Shown: positions 1-9,414 of the stretch, piece after piece | How the letters are laid out: each line of letters starts with the position of its first letter | How positions within the stretch are numbered: position 1 is the first letter of the stretch | NCBI GenBank assembly: GCA_038888155.1 | Contig: JAWAJB010000028.1 | Location: forward strand, 1-13,148 | DNA: 13,148 bases | Direction of reading: 5' to 3' | From: Desulfurococcaceae archaeon | GTDB taxonomy: Archaea > Thermoproteota > Thermoprotei_A > Sulfolobales > Desulfurococcaceae | Translations under genes and position numbers: made by a program | Notes under the pieces: model-generated | What the model was told of the DNA's origin: nothing | Seen by the model: the letters and a program-made list of their open reading frames with translations, nothing else | Database searches by the model: none

Positions 1-333
1 TTTAATATATACGTAGAGAAAGCTAAGAAGTTCTTAAGAGTTGCTGAAAACCCTCACACGGTAGCTAAAGAAATAAAAGAGCTTGCTAAGAACTACTGGC
101 CAGAAGCTAAAGTATACATATTTGGCTCGATTGCCAGAGGAAAATACACGGCGGGAAGCGACATAGACATATTAATAGTAGCTGAGAGCTGTGATACGGA
201 AGAAAAGTACAGATTTAAAGCTAAGATTGCCATGACCACAGACTTACCAATACAGCTACACATAATAACTAAAAAAGAATTCGAGAAGTGGTACCTAAGA
301 TTTATTCCTCTAACCGAACTAATAGAAATCTAA
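1..333 (+). CDS. Minimal nucleotidyltransferase (MNT, Pol-beta superfamily; typical HEPN-MNT antitoxin), 5'-truncated by the window edge
   Basis: Frame 1 is open from base 1 to TAA at 331-333: FNIYVEKAKK...KVYIFGSIARGKYTAGSDIDILIV...LIEI. Carries the FGSxxxG...SDxD signature. Missing from the ORF track because the start lies outside the window. Confidence 0.9.
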   Translation, partial: FNIYVEKAKKFLRVAENPHTVAKEIKELAKNYWPEAKVYIFGSIARGKYTAGSDIDILIVAESCDTEEKYRFKAKIAMTTDLPIQLHIITKKEFEKWYLRFIPLTELIEI

Positions 334-431
334 CAAGAGACATAGACTTAAAATTCACACGATTTACTTTTTAAAGAGTACTAGAGACTACTTAAATCTT
401 GAAGAAGAGAAATAAGACTGAGTAGAGAGTA

Positions 432-2504
432 ATGAGTAATAGTAATTGGTCAAGTGGAAAGATTTCCGGCATGGTTTACATCGTATTGTCTTTCGTTCCC
501 TGAATTGTTTACTGGGTTTTGTGTAGCTTAGGATTTAAGCTTGGAGTATTTCTATCTTTTGTGATATCAATCATTCTCATAATTCCTCAGAAGAAGTGGA
601 AAAGTTATAATTTGATGGACCTCGTCTCTCTCATTTACTTCAGTTTGGCTTCTGCAGGCACATACGTATTTAACCTAGAGTTTTTCGTCCAGTAATGTAG
701 CTTCGCAGGTTATTTTACTTTATTTCTGATGGACGCTTTTTCCTTGGTCGTTAAGCGACCTTTCACGTTTAAGGTCGCTAAGAAGGATTGGCCTGAGAGT
801 TACTGGAGAGAGAAATCCTTCCTTCTTATCAACAATATCGTTTCATTAGTTTGGACGTTAATATCTATAGTCAATGCAATCCTCTTTCTACTTACAAGAA
901 TGCCTTATAACGTGGTTTTCTCTAACTTATTAGTATTATTTTAGGCATAACTTTTCTCCACTATCTTCCCAGTGAAGGCGCCCTTATACTTTGTTATGAG
1001 GGGGTATGTTAAGCCCTTTGAAAGATTTGACTGGAGAGTTGAAGTAAACTCGCTGAATATGAAAGGAGAAGACGAATATGACGTCATAATTGTGGGGACG
1101 GGCCTCGGAGGGTTAACGTGCAACTCTATCCTAGCTAAGAAGGGTTATGAGGTTCTCGTTTCAGAGCAACACTATCAAGTCGGTGGATACTGTTCCTCAT
1201 TATAAGAGGATAAGGTCTCACCTTCAACACTGGTGTTGAGGATCTCAGTGACTTATGGGAGAACGGAACGATACCTCTTTTTCTACGCAGACTTAAATTA
1301 AGTAGGGAGTAACTATTTGTAAGAAATACTGTGAGATATATTTTTAAGGGGGAAAAGCTGAGGTGAGGAGCCTAGATGAATTCATAAAACTTCTATGAAA
1401 TATCTCCTTAAGAGAGGGAGAATATCAGTGCCTTCTTCGAAGACTCTCGAAAAGCTTATATGGAATGTTATAGGGATGCTGAAGTTTATGGTGCGCCCCC
1501 ACCTCCAGAGCTTATCGCCAAAGTCTTCGGCATGAAGAAGCTCGTGAATTATCCAAGAGAGCACCCACATTTCTATGATTGGATGAGCAAGAGTTTTAGG
1601 CAGAAGCTTGACGAATATTTTTCCGATTAAGATTTGAAAGAGCTACTACGCGCTTGTCTAGGGTATGTGAGTACAAGTCCCTAGAAAACCCTGCTTCAGT
1701 CGCGCTTACAGCATGCATCTCCTACTATCTGCATGGAGGCTACTTCCTGGAAGGAGGAGCACAAAACTATGCGAACACCTTGAAGAATTTCATTGAAAAG
1801 CACGGTGGGAAAGTTCTAGTCAGACATGAAGTCGACAAGATATTAGTTGAGGAAGGTGAAGTGAAGGGCGTTAAGGTTGAAGAAAAGACTTTCAAAAGCC
1901 TCATCGTGGTTTCAAACGTCAACGCAAAAACGACATTTCTAGAGCTCATTGGAGGGCAAAACTCAGACAAGGACTTCGTCGAGTATATTAGGAGGCTGAG
2001 GATATTCCAGTCTTGCTTCATGATCTTCCTAGAGTAGACATCGACCTCTCTAACTATCCAGTACTCATTAAAAACTTAGACGAGGACTACAAGGTTGTCA
2101 TCAACTCAAACGCTGACCCGAGTTTAGCGCCCAAGGGTAAGGCTAGTATCACGATACTTACTAACGCCAATTACCAAGACTTTCCAACAAGAGAAACAGA
2201 AGAATACTTAAAAGAGAAAGGCGAGCTTGCTGAGGTGTTGATTCAAAAAGTTGAGAAAATTATTCCAGGCTTGAGCAAACACATAATCATTCAAAACGCC
2301 GCAACACCAAAAACCTTCGAAAAATATATTTTAATGCCTGAAGGCGCGATCTATGCTTTCGACCAGTCAATAAACACAAAAGACCCTACTTCAAAACGCC
2401 GATGGAGGTCTCTATCTAGTAGGGACCTTAACTTTCCCGGGAGAGGAATAGAAGCCGTCACGATCTCAGGAATAATATGCGCAAACGACATATACTGCTG
2501 GTAG
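432..2504 (+). pseudogene. Phytoene dehydrogenase (CrtI-like) family FAD oxidoreductase with N-terminal membrane domain, disrupted
   Basis: ATG 432 gives a hydrophobic frame with in-frame stops at 501 (TGA), 693 (TAA), 942 and 948, continuing into ORFs 729 and 972. FAD motif [11 protein letters not shown]...[12 protein letters not shown] follows, then frameshifted fragments (TFNTGVED; GGYFLEGGAQNYANTL; ATPKTFEKY...GAIYAF; GIEAVTISG) typical of this family. Confidence 0.85.
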
Positions 2505-2734
2505 TAAAATACTATTCCACCTGAGTATTAGCTCAAACAAAAGAATTGCTAAACGACCGTATTAAGTGCTATGCTAAGATTCACTCAAACTAAAATTAGT
2601 TAATAAAGTACTTTATTAAGAGACATTAATGAGAAATTTTTACATCAGGAGTAGCTTACTTTCTGTAAGATTGTTCATTGATCCAGTTCATGAAATGCTC
2701 TTTGTTTAGCTCTGGACCTAAAACTTTCTAGAGG

Positions 2735-3262
2735 CTGGCGTCGGGAGCAGAATTCGAACCCGCGCGGAGAACCCCCACTAGCTCTCAAGACCAAGCAAGA
2801 TTCATCGCTTACCTCGATTGCTGGGATATATTAATTCCTGAGAACGAAAAATCGCTGTAGAGACCGTGAAGAGGCGTGAGCTAATAGTTGAGCTCCCTGT
2901 AAGGGGTAAGAACATTTCTCAACGTGAGAAATAGAAGGGGGCGCTGAGCTATTGAGCACATCTACTTTCCGAAGTCCCTCCTCAACGATGTCGCTAGAGT
3001 GAAAGGAAAGTTAGGAAGCTACGATGTAATAAGAGACAATCCCTTCGACGAATATAAAGTGAAGACAAAGAATTACCGGAAGCTATTTTACGGGCTCCGC
3101 AGAGACAAGGATGTGCCTAGAGAAGTCTGCAACTTCTGCCGGTCCGGGATAACTGGGTTAAATATAGGAGATGTACACTATGACAACCTCCCAGCACGCG
3201 TCGACAAGCACTACCCGAAGCTAATTAGCAAGCTGTCAGAGCTACTCGAAAACGTCTTCTAA
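2735..3262 (+). pseudogene. int: SSV1-type tyrosine integrase, C-terminal fragment (intC), disrupted
   Basis: ORF 2999-3262 has KNYRKLF...DVPREVCNF...IGDVHYDNL...HYPK, resembling the archaeal integrase tail (KxxRK...GVPxxVxDFIQGR...HY). The same frame upstream reads RTFLNVRNRRGR*AIEHIYFP (stop 2945) and runs through the att repeat (LASGAEFEPAR...ARFIAYL, stop 2858). Confidence 0.7.
2736..2793 (-). repeat. Degenerate direct repeat of the tRNA-Ser 3' part (att site of the integrated element)
   Basis: tggcgtcgggagcagaattcgaacccgcgcggagaa-cccccactagctctcaagacca aligns to 12852-12910 at 50/59 positions (8 substitutions, 1 gap), same orientation, covering the CCA end through the anticodon arm. Confidence 0.9.
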
Positions 3263-3329
3263 CACGAGTAGCCAAGGAGGCTACAATGATGTCAAACCGA
3301 AACAACTAGATGGAGACCTGGAAGGAGGG

Positions 3330-5876
3330 GTGAATCATCAGATTCTGTCTACTTTACTATGAATTGTCATGGCGGCTACTACTTTCGATATCTCAGCTAT
3401 TGAATCCTTCGTGTTAGAGTCTGCCCTGAAGTGATGGAGTAGTTATTATCTTTGGCGTTATGAGAGCAATATCCACAAGTATGTGGTTGGTTGAAATAAG
3501 CTTACAAGTTTTTCGCGGGCTGTTAACAGAGGATGCTAGGAGGATTAGTGACCTGGATGTCGAGAATTTCAGTATGGACAAATACCTAGAGGTAATTAAT
3601 AAATCATGTGCTGGAAAATCATTGGGGATGCTTCATGGTTTGCTACTGTCGTTGTTGGAGAAGTAGCGCTTCGCGGGAATCGGCAACTATGTTGTCTTCG
3701 TGGTTGCACCGAATAAGCAGTTAGCTGTTAACTTGTACCGGTGCCTTATCGAACTCTGGAATGCCCTGGCTCGCCAAATTATAGAAGAGGGAGAAGTATT
3801 TGAAGGAAGTAGATTAAATGGGAGGCTACGAATGGTCTACCGACTCCCTAATCGAGGTGACCTAGCCCTTCGCGTCAGAGTGAGACTATACCTCGGAGTA
3901 GCCGTCGTGCTTGCTTAACGAGAATCATCCCATACCATGTTCTTCTGCTGGACTCGTGGATGCTTAAACTTAACGGATACTGTCCGTTCGTTGTCTCCAG
4001 GGATAGGGGTTTCCTGTATAATTCCATAATCGTCACCACGTTGCATAGCTTTATATACCATTTTTGCGTTTGGCTACACATTACGGCATAAACAAGGTTA
4101 TACTAGTTCTCGATGAGATTATTGAAATCCACGAGAAGTTACACGCGGTTATCAAGGAGATTAGTGAAGAGAAATGATGACTGATGAAATTAGAATGAGA
4201 ATGCGATAGTGGAACAATTGCGTGAGTCGGTTAAGGAGAAATTTAAGGGATTACCACTCAAAGAGATATAAATCCTTAAATTAAAGAGGTTGAGGAACAC
4301 TGGTCTCTCATGGTTTCCTGAATTCTATACACAGTAGCCTTACGGACACATGTAAGAATGCCAATGGCAGAGTTGAGAAACTTAAGCCGAGCCGTCTAAT
4401 TAAGACAATGGAGTTGATGTTATCGGGTCGTTCTATATAATCGCGGGCCACGAAAATCAACTGAAGAGAATTGTTCTAAGGCTCAAGAACCTTAAGTGGT
4501 GAGTAGTCCTGATAGTATTACCAATAATATGTTGGGAATATTAAGAGAGCACGGTATTAGTTTTGGTGTGATAAGTACATAATTAGTTTCCACAGAGGTT
4601 TACAGAGACATCCTTGCTGGTGGGTGGAAGTATCTTCTTCCTTCTAGGGATTTAACTCCCAATAAGAGCGAGATTAATCCTGTTCGTCGCGTTACTAGTG
4701 TCAGATACGTTAGTATGCGTAGCGTTTTCATGTTAATTAAAAATATACTTGGTACAGGTGACGTAGATATTATCGTTCTCAGCAAGAATCAATTGCCAAC
4801 CTTGTTGGAGAACCTTGGTAATGCCGGCATCATTGGAGACTTAAAGAGGGGTAATAGATTACGTTGTAATAAAATCTAATAGAAAAGATTGTATCTACCT
4901 AGTATATCCGCATAGCAGATGCTCGATGAGAGTTGACCCTCCTGCACTCAAGGTAGACAGGATATGAATTGTTTGGGGGTGTTCATCGCCTGCCACATAC
5001 GTTTGTCTAGATTGGCGCGCGGAAGCCAGTCGTCATAATGGAGAATGTTAACTGCATGATTTCAAGAGAGGCAGTAAAAATGGGTAGGTACGGCATACAG
5101 CTAGGAAATGGAGAAATATCCACCGGGGGTTTCTGCATGCCATATGGCAGGCACATGGAGATTTACGACAACCGGGATTATCTATTGATGCTTACGTTCT
5201 CAGACAGATTGTTGGTAGATAGTTCATTGTCGACATGAAATCCGTTTATCTTTCTCAGGAGCTTTACTGAACATAGTGAGCTTAGTGGATGCGTATCTCA
5301 TGGGCGCTACCGTGTTGATAAGATACCTTGGGTTATTAAAAATGGGGAAGGAGAGAGGCAGTTGACCTTAAAGAAGTCGATAGGTATCTTAGTGAGTTAA
5401 GTATGAGGTATAGGTACTATGTTGTGAATAATCCGAATGAGATTAACATAGCATATTAAGGAGTTACTAAAGCACCTTGAGGTAGAAAAATACAAATCTA
5501 TTGTTAAGATACCTGCTAAACACATAGGGGTATTCCAGGTTTAATCCAAGAGCAACCTCTGTCAAGTTCTAATCAATGCACGCCGACATAATTATACCCA
5601 CTAAGGCTCTAGCACTATCGGAGAATAACAAATACGAGATAAAACATCTCTGGGATGGTATCGCATGCGTGTAGTCTTGTTTTATGAAAGGAACTGATTG
5701 TGATGTCCAGGATGCTTATAAAGAATAGGGTCAGGGATAATAGACGTTTAAGAATTAGTAATAAGTTTGGCTTAAGTAGCTTGAGTACTTCTGTCACCGA
5801 GAAAATCATTGCTCTTCTCCTCGATGAATTCATGAGCATAGGCGTTAACGTTTACTCTCCTGCTGGAAACTTGTGA
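3330..5876 (+). pseudogene. Large SF2 helicase-like gene (DinG/XPD-like motif order), heavily fragmented; boundaries approximate
   Basis: Ordered + strand motifs across frames: AGKS 3610-3621, VVAPNKQLA 3700-3726, Cys-rich patch ending GYCPF 3908-3989, IIVTT 4026-4040, VILVLDE 4097-4117, IIVLSK 4769-4786, SRCSMRVDPP...IVWG 4914-4979, QIVGR 5205-5219. Confidence 0.6.
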
Positions 5877-5898
5877 GCATCATTGAGAAAGGCTTTCC

Positions 5899-6126
5899 TT
5901 GTCATATAGCCTCACCTCAATGTGTCTCAGTAGCTACAAGAACGTCAGAAGGCTAGCCACCTACTTAGTAGAGAACGATGAGCTGTGGACAGAGGGAAGG
6001 GAAGCATTTGTTATGAAGCTATACTACTACGAGAACGTGGAAATGGGCGTGGAAATATACGATTACAAGGGCGAAGAACTACACCACAGAATAGCGTTAA
6101 GGAAAACGAGGAATCAAGCTTGGTAG
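5899..6126 (+). CDS. Short hypothetical protein or gene remnant
   Basis: 75-codon ORF with purine-rich, protein-like composition (RRLATYLVENDELW...EIYDYKGEELHHRI). No motif recognised and the TTG start is doubtful. Confidence 0.3.
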   Translation: MSYSLTSMCLSSYKNVRRLATYLVENDELWTEGREAFVMKLYYYENVEMGVEIYDYKGEELHHRIALRKTRNQAW

Positions 6127-6351
6127 AACCTACGCAACATACCCACTCAGACACATAAACGAAAGAAACACAGAACATTTCTACGAGCCTGGAAACCTAT
6201 TCTAGTTACTAAGACTCTGGCAGGTTCATCCTCGCGGTTTACCGTTATTCGAATACCCCCTATAAAAGCTTGTAGACCTTAAAGAAGGACATCAATTCAT
6301 AACACAACATTTTTGCCTTTCAATTCTGTTTAACTACCTAACCGCTCATAG

Positions 6352-6385
6352 CTTTTATATTCTCAAGCTACTAATATATTATAAA
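6352..6385 (+). promoter_or_regulatory. Candidate archaeal TATA box(es) for the GT2 gene
   Basis: cttttatat at 6352-6360 and atattataaaa at about 6376-6386, just upstream of ATG 6401. Confidence 0.35.
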
Positions 6386-6400
6386 AGGGACATAGCAGAG

Positions 6401-7105
6401 ATGCCCGATGCATATCGCATAAGCGTAGTAGTTCCGACTTATAATGAGCGCGAAAACATTGAGGAGCTTGTGGTAAGGCTCTCCGAGGCTATGCATGATG
6501 CTGGCTATGGCGACTTTGAGATAGTTGTCGTAGACGATAACTCGCCCGATGGAACCGCCGAGGTGGTTAGAGATTTAAGCCGTAAATATCCTATTAAACT
6601 AATAAAAAGACCTGGGAAGCTGGGTCTTGGCTCTGCCATTATGGAGGGCATTAAGACAAGCGGGGGAGAGCTCATAGTAATAATGGATGCGGACCTACAG
6701 CATCCACCCGAAGTTATCCCAACTGTCATTGAAAAACTCAAAGAGGGATGTGACATAGTTGTCGCATCGAGATACATTGCAGGAGGAGGTATAGAGAACT
6801 GGCCTCTCTCCAGAAGTATAATCTCGCGTGGCGCGACCCTACTAGCATATATGTTACTCCCACCTTGTAGAAGTGTAAAAGATCCACTTTCAGGCTTCTT
6901 TGGATTCAGGAGGACCATTATTAATGGTATAGGGTTAAACCCGAAGTCCTTCAAAGTGCTGCTAGAGATACTCTGTAAAGCCAAATGGAAAAACGTATGC
7001 GAAGTGCCGTATGTCTTCAGTGCGAGACAGAAAGGTAAAAGCAAACTCACTCTTAGAGAAATAGTAAAATACGTTAAGCATTTGTTAGAGATCAGGAGTT
7101 ACTGA
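6401..7105 (+). CDS. GT2 polyprenol/dolichol-phosphate sugar synthase (DPM1-like)
   Basis: 234 aa with SVVVPTYNERENI, VVDDNSPDGT, MDADLQHPPE, ASRY, DPLSGF, EVPYVF and GKSKL. Catalytic domain only, with no fused GtrA membrane tail. Confidence 0.93.
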   Translation: MPDAYRISVVVPTYNERENIEELVVRLSEAMHDAGYGDFEIVVVDDNSPDGTAEVVRDLSRKYPIKLIKRPGKLGLGSAIMEGIKTSGGELIVIMDADLQHPPEVIPTVIEKLKEGCDIVVASRYIAGGGIENWPLSRSIISRGATLLAYMLLPPCRSVKDPLSGFFGFRRTIINGIGLNPKSFKVLLEILCKAKWKNVCEVPYVFSARQKGKSKLTLREIVKYVKHLLEIRSY

Positions 7106-7187
7106 TCATTTGACCAACAATCGCGAAATCGTGACTCCTTTGATATCACGCGCTGTAAGACCTAAAAGTTAACCGATAATTAAAGTG

Positions 7188-8231
7188 TTATCTTTCTGCA
7201 ACTTCTCTTAACATTTGTTCGAATTTTGGAAAGACCTTCTCTACATCGTATTGCTCAATAACGGACCTTCGAGAGATCGCACACAAGCTCTTGTACTCAT
7301 CCTCGGGCATATGCAGGATAAGCAGCGCCTTCTGAGCTATCTCGTCAGGTGTGGAGGCATAGTAGACCGGTAGATTTAAATGTATATGAGATAATATTGG
7401 CGTAGTTATAACAGGAGTTCCTGAGGCCATGGCTTCTAAAATCACCCTTCCAAACGTATCGATCCTTGAGGGATAGATAACGATCCAAGCCGATGAGTAA
7501 AGATCTGGAAGCATGTTGTCGCGAATTAAACCTAATCCCTTAATAATTCCATCGACAGTACCCTCAACTCCTGTAGCAAGAAATTTAACGTTACCTGTAT
7601 GTTTGCGAATAATTTTAGCCGATTTTACAAATAAGTCAAAACCCTTCTTAAATAGAGGTCTTCCGACAAAGAGAATTGTTGGCTCATCAGACTTGGGTTT
7701 TGTCGGTCTATATAGTTGTGTTGCGTCTATGAAAAGTGGAACCCAATACACATTTGGATGCCTAAATTTCATAGCACGATTTATTATGTGTACGGCGTCA
7801 AATCTTCGTAGTTCCTCCTCCTTGAATAACCTAAAGTAATAATAGGTGATAGTGGAGAGAAGTCCGTGGATCTTAAAGAGTTTGATGGGTGACTTAGGGA
7901 AAACATCTGGACTCTGTAGTTCTGGAACCAAGGAAGGTGCATGAATGCCTGCTATCTTTGGTGCATCTGTTTTCACTAGCTTCCATATTAAAGGTGCATA
8001 TATAAAATAAACAACATCTGTATCGCTTACCTTATGAAACCAGTTCTCGATGTAGTTAATGCCTGACATAAGACCCCAAATATGTTTATTATATATATTA
8101 CGATAAATTGGAAAGGCTCTTATTTCAACATCCCAGCTTTTTTTCTTTAATAGCAAACAAACCTCTATTAAGAACTTCTCCCCACCACCAACATAACTAA
8201 GACTAAAGTGGTGCACGAACGTAATTTTCAT
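7188..8231 (-). CDS. GT4 (GT-B fold) glycosyltransferase
   Basis: 347 aa with N-terminal GGGEK, ILFVGR..FKKGFD, and YPSRIDTFGRVILEAMASGTPVI (D/E-x7-E motif). Confidence 0.92.
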   Translation of the reverse strand: MKITFVHHFSLSYVGGGEKFLIEVCLLLKKKSWDVEIRAFPIYRNIYNKHIWGLMSGINYIENWFHKVSDTDVVYFIYAPLIWKLVKTDAPKIAGIHAPSLVPELQSPDVFPKSPIKLFKIHGLLSTITYYYFRLFKEEELRRFDAVHIINRAMKFRHPNVYWVPLFIDATQLYRPTKPKSDEPTILFVGRPLFKKGFDLFVKSAKIIRKHTGNVKFLATGVEGTVDGIIKGLGLIRDNMLPDLYSSAWIVIYPSRIDTFGRVILEAMASGTPVITTPILSHIHLNLPVYYASTPDEIAQKALLILHMPEDEYKSLCAISRRSVIEQYDVEKVFPKFEQMLREVAER

Positions 8232-8257
8232 GCCAATTTACCATCCAATTACACTAT

Positions 8258-8295
8258 AAATAGATTTTAAATTTAAAATAGATTTAAAATTTAAA
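8258..8295. repeat. 18-bp period AT-rich tandem repeat containing a 16-bp palindrome
   Basis: aaatagattttaaattta / aaatagatttaaaattta (1 mismatch). attttaaatttaaaat at 8264-8279 is a perfect palindrome. Lies in the 95-bp gap upstream of the 8231 start. Confidence 0.55.
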
Positions 8296-8326
8296 TTTTC
8301 ATAACGTCCTGGAAATCTCCCGTATA

Positions 8327-9412
8327 TCATTCCCTAGTTAAGCTCGTTATAAAGGTTAACGATGTTTTCTTCCACGATCTTTCATTTGCTTTGATTTTAA
8401 GCCTGTGAGCTAAAATCTTCCCCTTATTTAAAGCAATGACAACAGCCTTAGCAAGCTCAGGTCCATTAACATTCACGAACACTGCTTCACTCGGGTCTAC
8501 GTCGGCATAAAAACGTGGTATTCTTGATAATATGAAAGGCTTACCACAATCCATAAAAAGATGTAAGACGCCGCTACTTTCGAAATAATGGTCTTTATAA
8601 GGTAATACTATAATATCACAGCTCATCACAGCCTTCTTGAGTTCTTCTTCTGAGGCAAATCCTATGTGGATTTTCACCATTTTTTGCTTCATTAACATTT
8701 TGGCCTTTTCTAAGAATTTTTTAAGCCATTCTCTTTCTGATTCCACTCTTAGCATCTGATGAGGTATAGAGCCCCAAATCTCAAGTTGTACGTTGTACCC
8801 AGCTTTAGATAATATTTCTACTGCCTCAATTAACTCATCTAATCCTTTAGACGGTCTCAAGAAGCCATGAAAGAAAATCCTTATTTCATCACTATTACTC
8901 TTAATCTCATCCCCGCTGGAAATACATTGATCAGCACCATGTGGAACCATCTTTAGTTTATTAATTCTATAGCAGTCCTTCAATAATCTATATTGAATAC
9001 TATTAAGAACATACAAGTTCATTGATGCTATTTCAATAAAACGATAAAAAATGGTTAGAAATACCTTTACAAAAAAGCTGGCAATACCCTTACATAAGTG
9101 GTTTGGATGAAGAACACCATGTAGCACTACAACCGGCTTTAACAAGGAGATCCTGGCTAATATGAGTGTTAAAATCAATACGATGTGGGTAAATAATGGA
9201 GGGCCGAACATGGAGTACTCATATTCTACTATTACGAACTTATGTCCTCTTTTTCGAGCTATCATTACAATATCAAAGGGTATCCCCAAGACGTCCATGA
9301 TATGAGAAGAAGAGTGTATTATGCTATAGCTGTCTCTTGGAAAATGTGATGTCAATTTTTTGGTGTAGATGTAAGTTCCAGATCTTTGGTGTGCCGTGAT
9401 GAATAAGAACAT
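8327..9412 (-). CDS. GT4 (GT-B fold) glycosyltransferase
   Basis: 361 aa with SGTYIYT, VEYEYSMFG, VPHG, FFHGFLRPSKGLDELIEA and DIIVLPY...ESSGVL...GKPFILS. Starts 2 nt after the upstream stop, suggesting translational coupling. Confidence 0.88.
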   Translation of the reverse strand: MFLFITAHQRSGTYIYTKKLTSHFPRDSYSIIHSSSHIMDVLGIPFDIVMIARKRGHKFVIVEYEYSMFGPPLFTHIVLILTLILARISLLKPVVVLHGVLHPNHLCKGIASFFVKVFLTIFYRFIEIASMNLYVLNSIQYRLLKDCYRINKLKMVPHGADQCISSGDEIKSNSDEIRIFFHGFLRPSKGLDELIEAVEILSKAGYNVQLEIWGSIPHQMLRVESEREWLKKFLEKAKMLMKQKMVKIHIGFASEEELKKAVMSCDIIVLPYKDHYFESSGVLHLFMDCGKPFILSRIPRFYADVDPSEAVFVNVNGPELAKAVVIALNKGKILAHRLKIKANERSWKKTSLTFITSLTRE

Positions 9413-9414
9413 CG

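Noticed and set aside
941-2021. Minus-strand ORFs 941-1123, 1382-1570 and 1767-2021
   Set aside because: Antisense to the oxidoreductase pseudogene.
432-2504. Stop-codon recoding or alternative genetic code to explain in-frame stops
   Set aside because: All three stop types occur together with frameshifts, and intact neighbours end normally in TAA, TAG and TGA. Ordinary decay fits better.
2736-2793. Second functional tRNA or split-tRNA half
   Set aside because: Lacks the 5' acceptor strand and D arm, and the substitutions weaken or break stem pairing. Position next to intC indicates an att site.
3875-5839. ORFs 3875-4081(-), 4600-4785(-), 5038-5238(+) and 5615-5839(-) as independent genes
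   Set aside because: Better explained as antisense or off-frame pieces of the plus-strand helicase-like pseudogene.
6505-7050. 181-aa minus-strand ORF
   Set aside because: Antisense shadow fully inside the well-supported GT2 gene.
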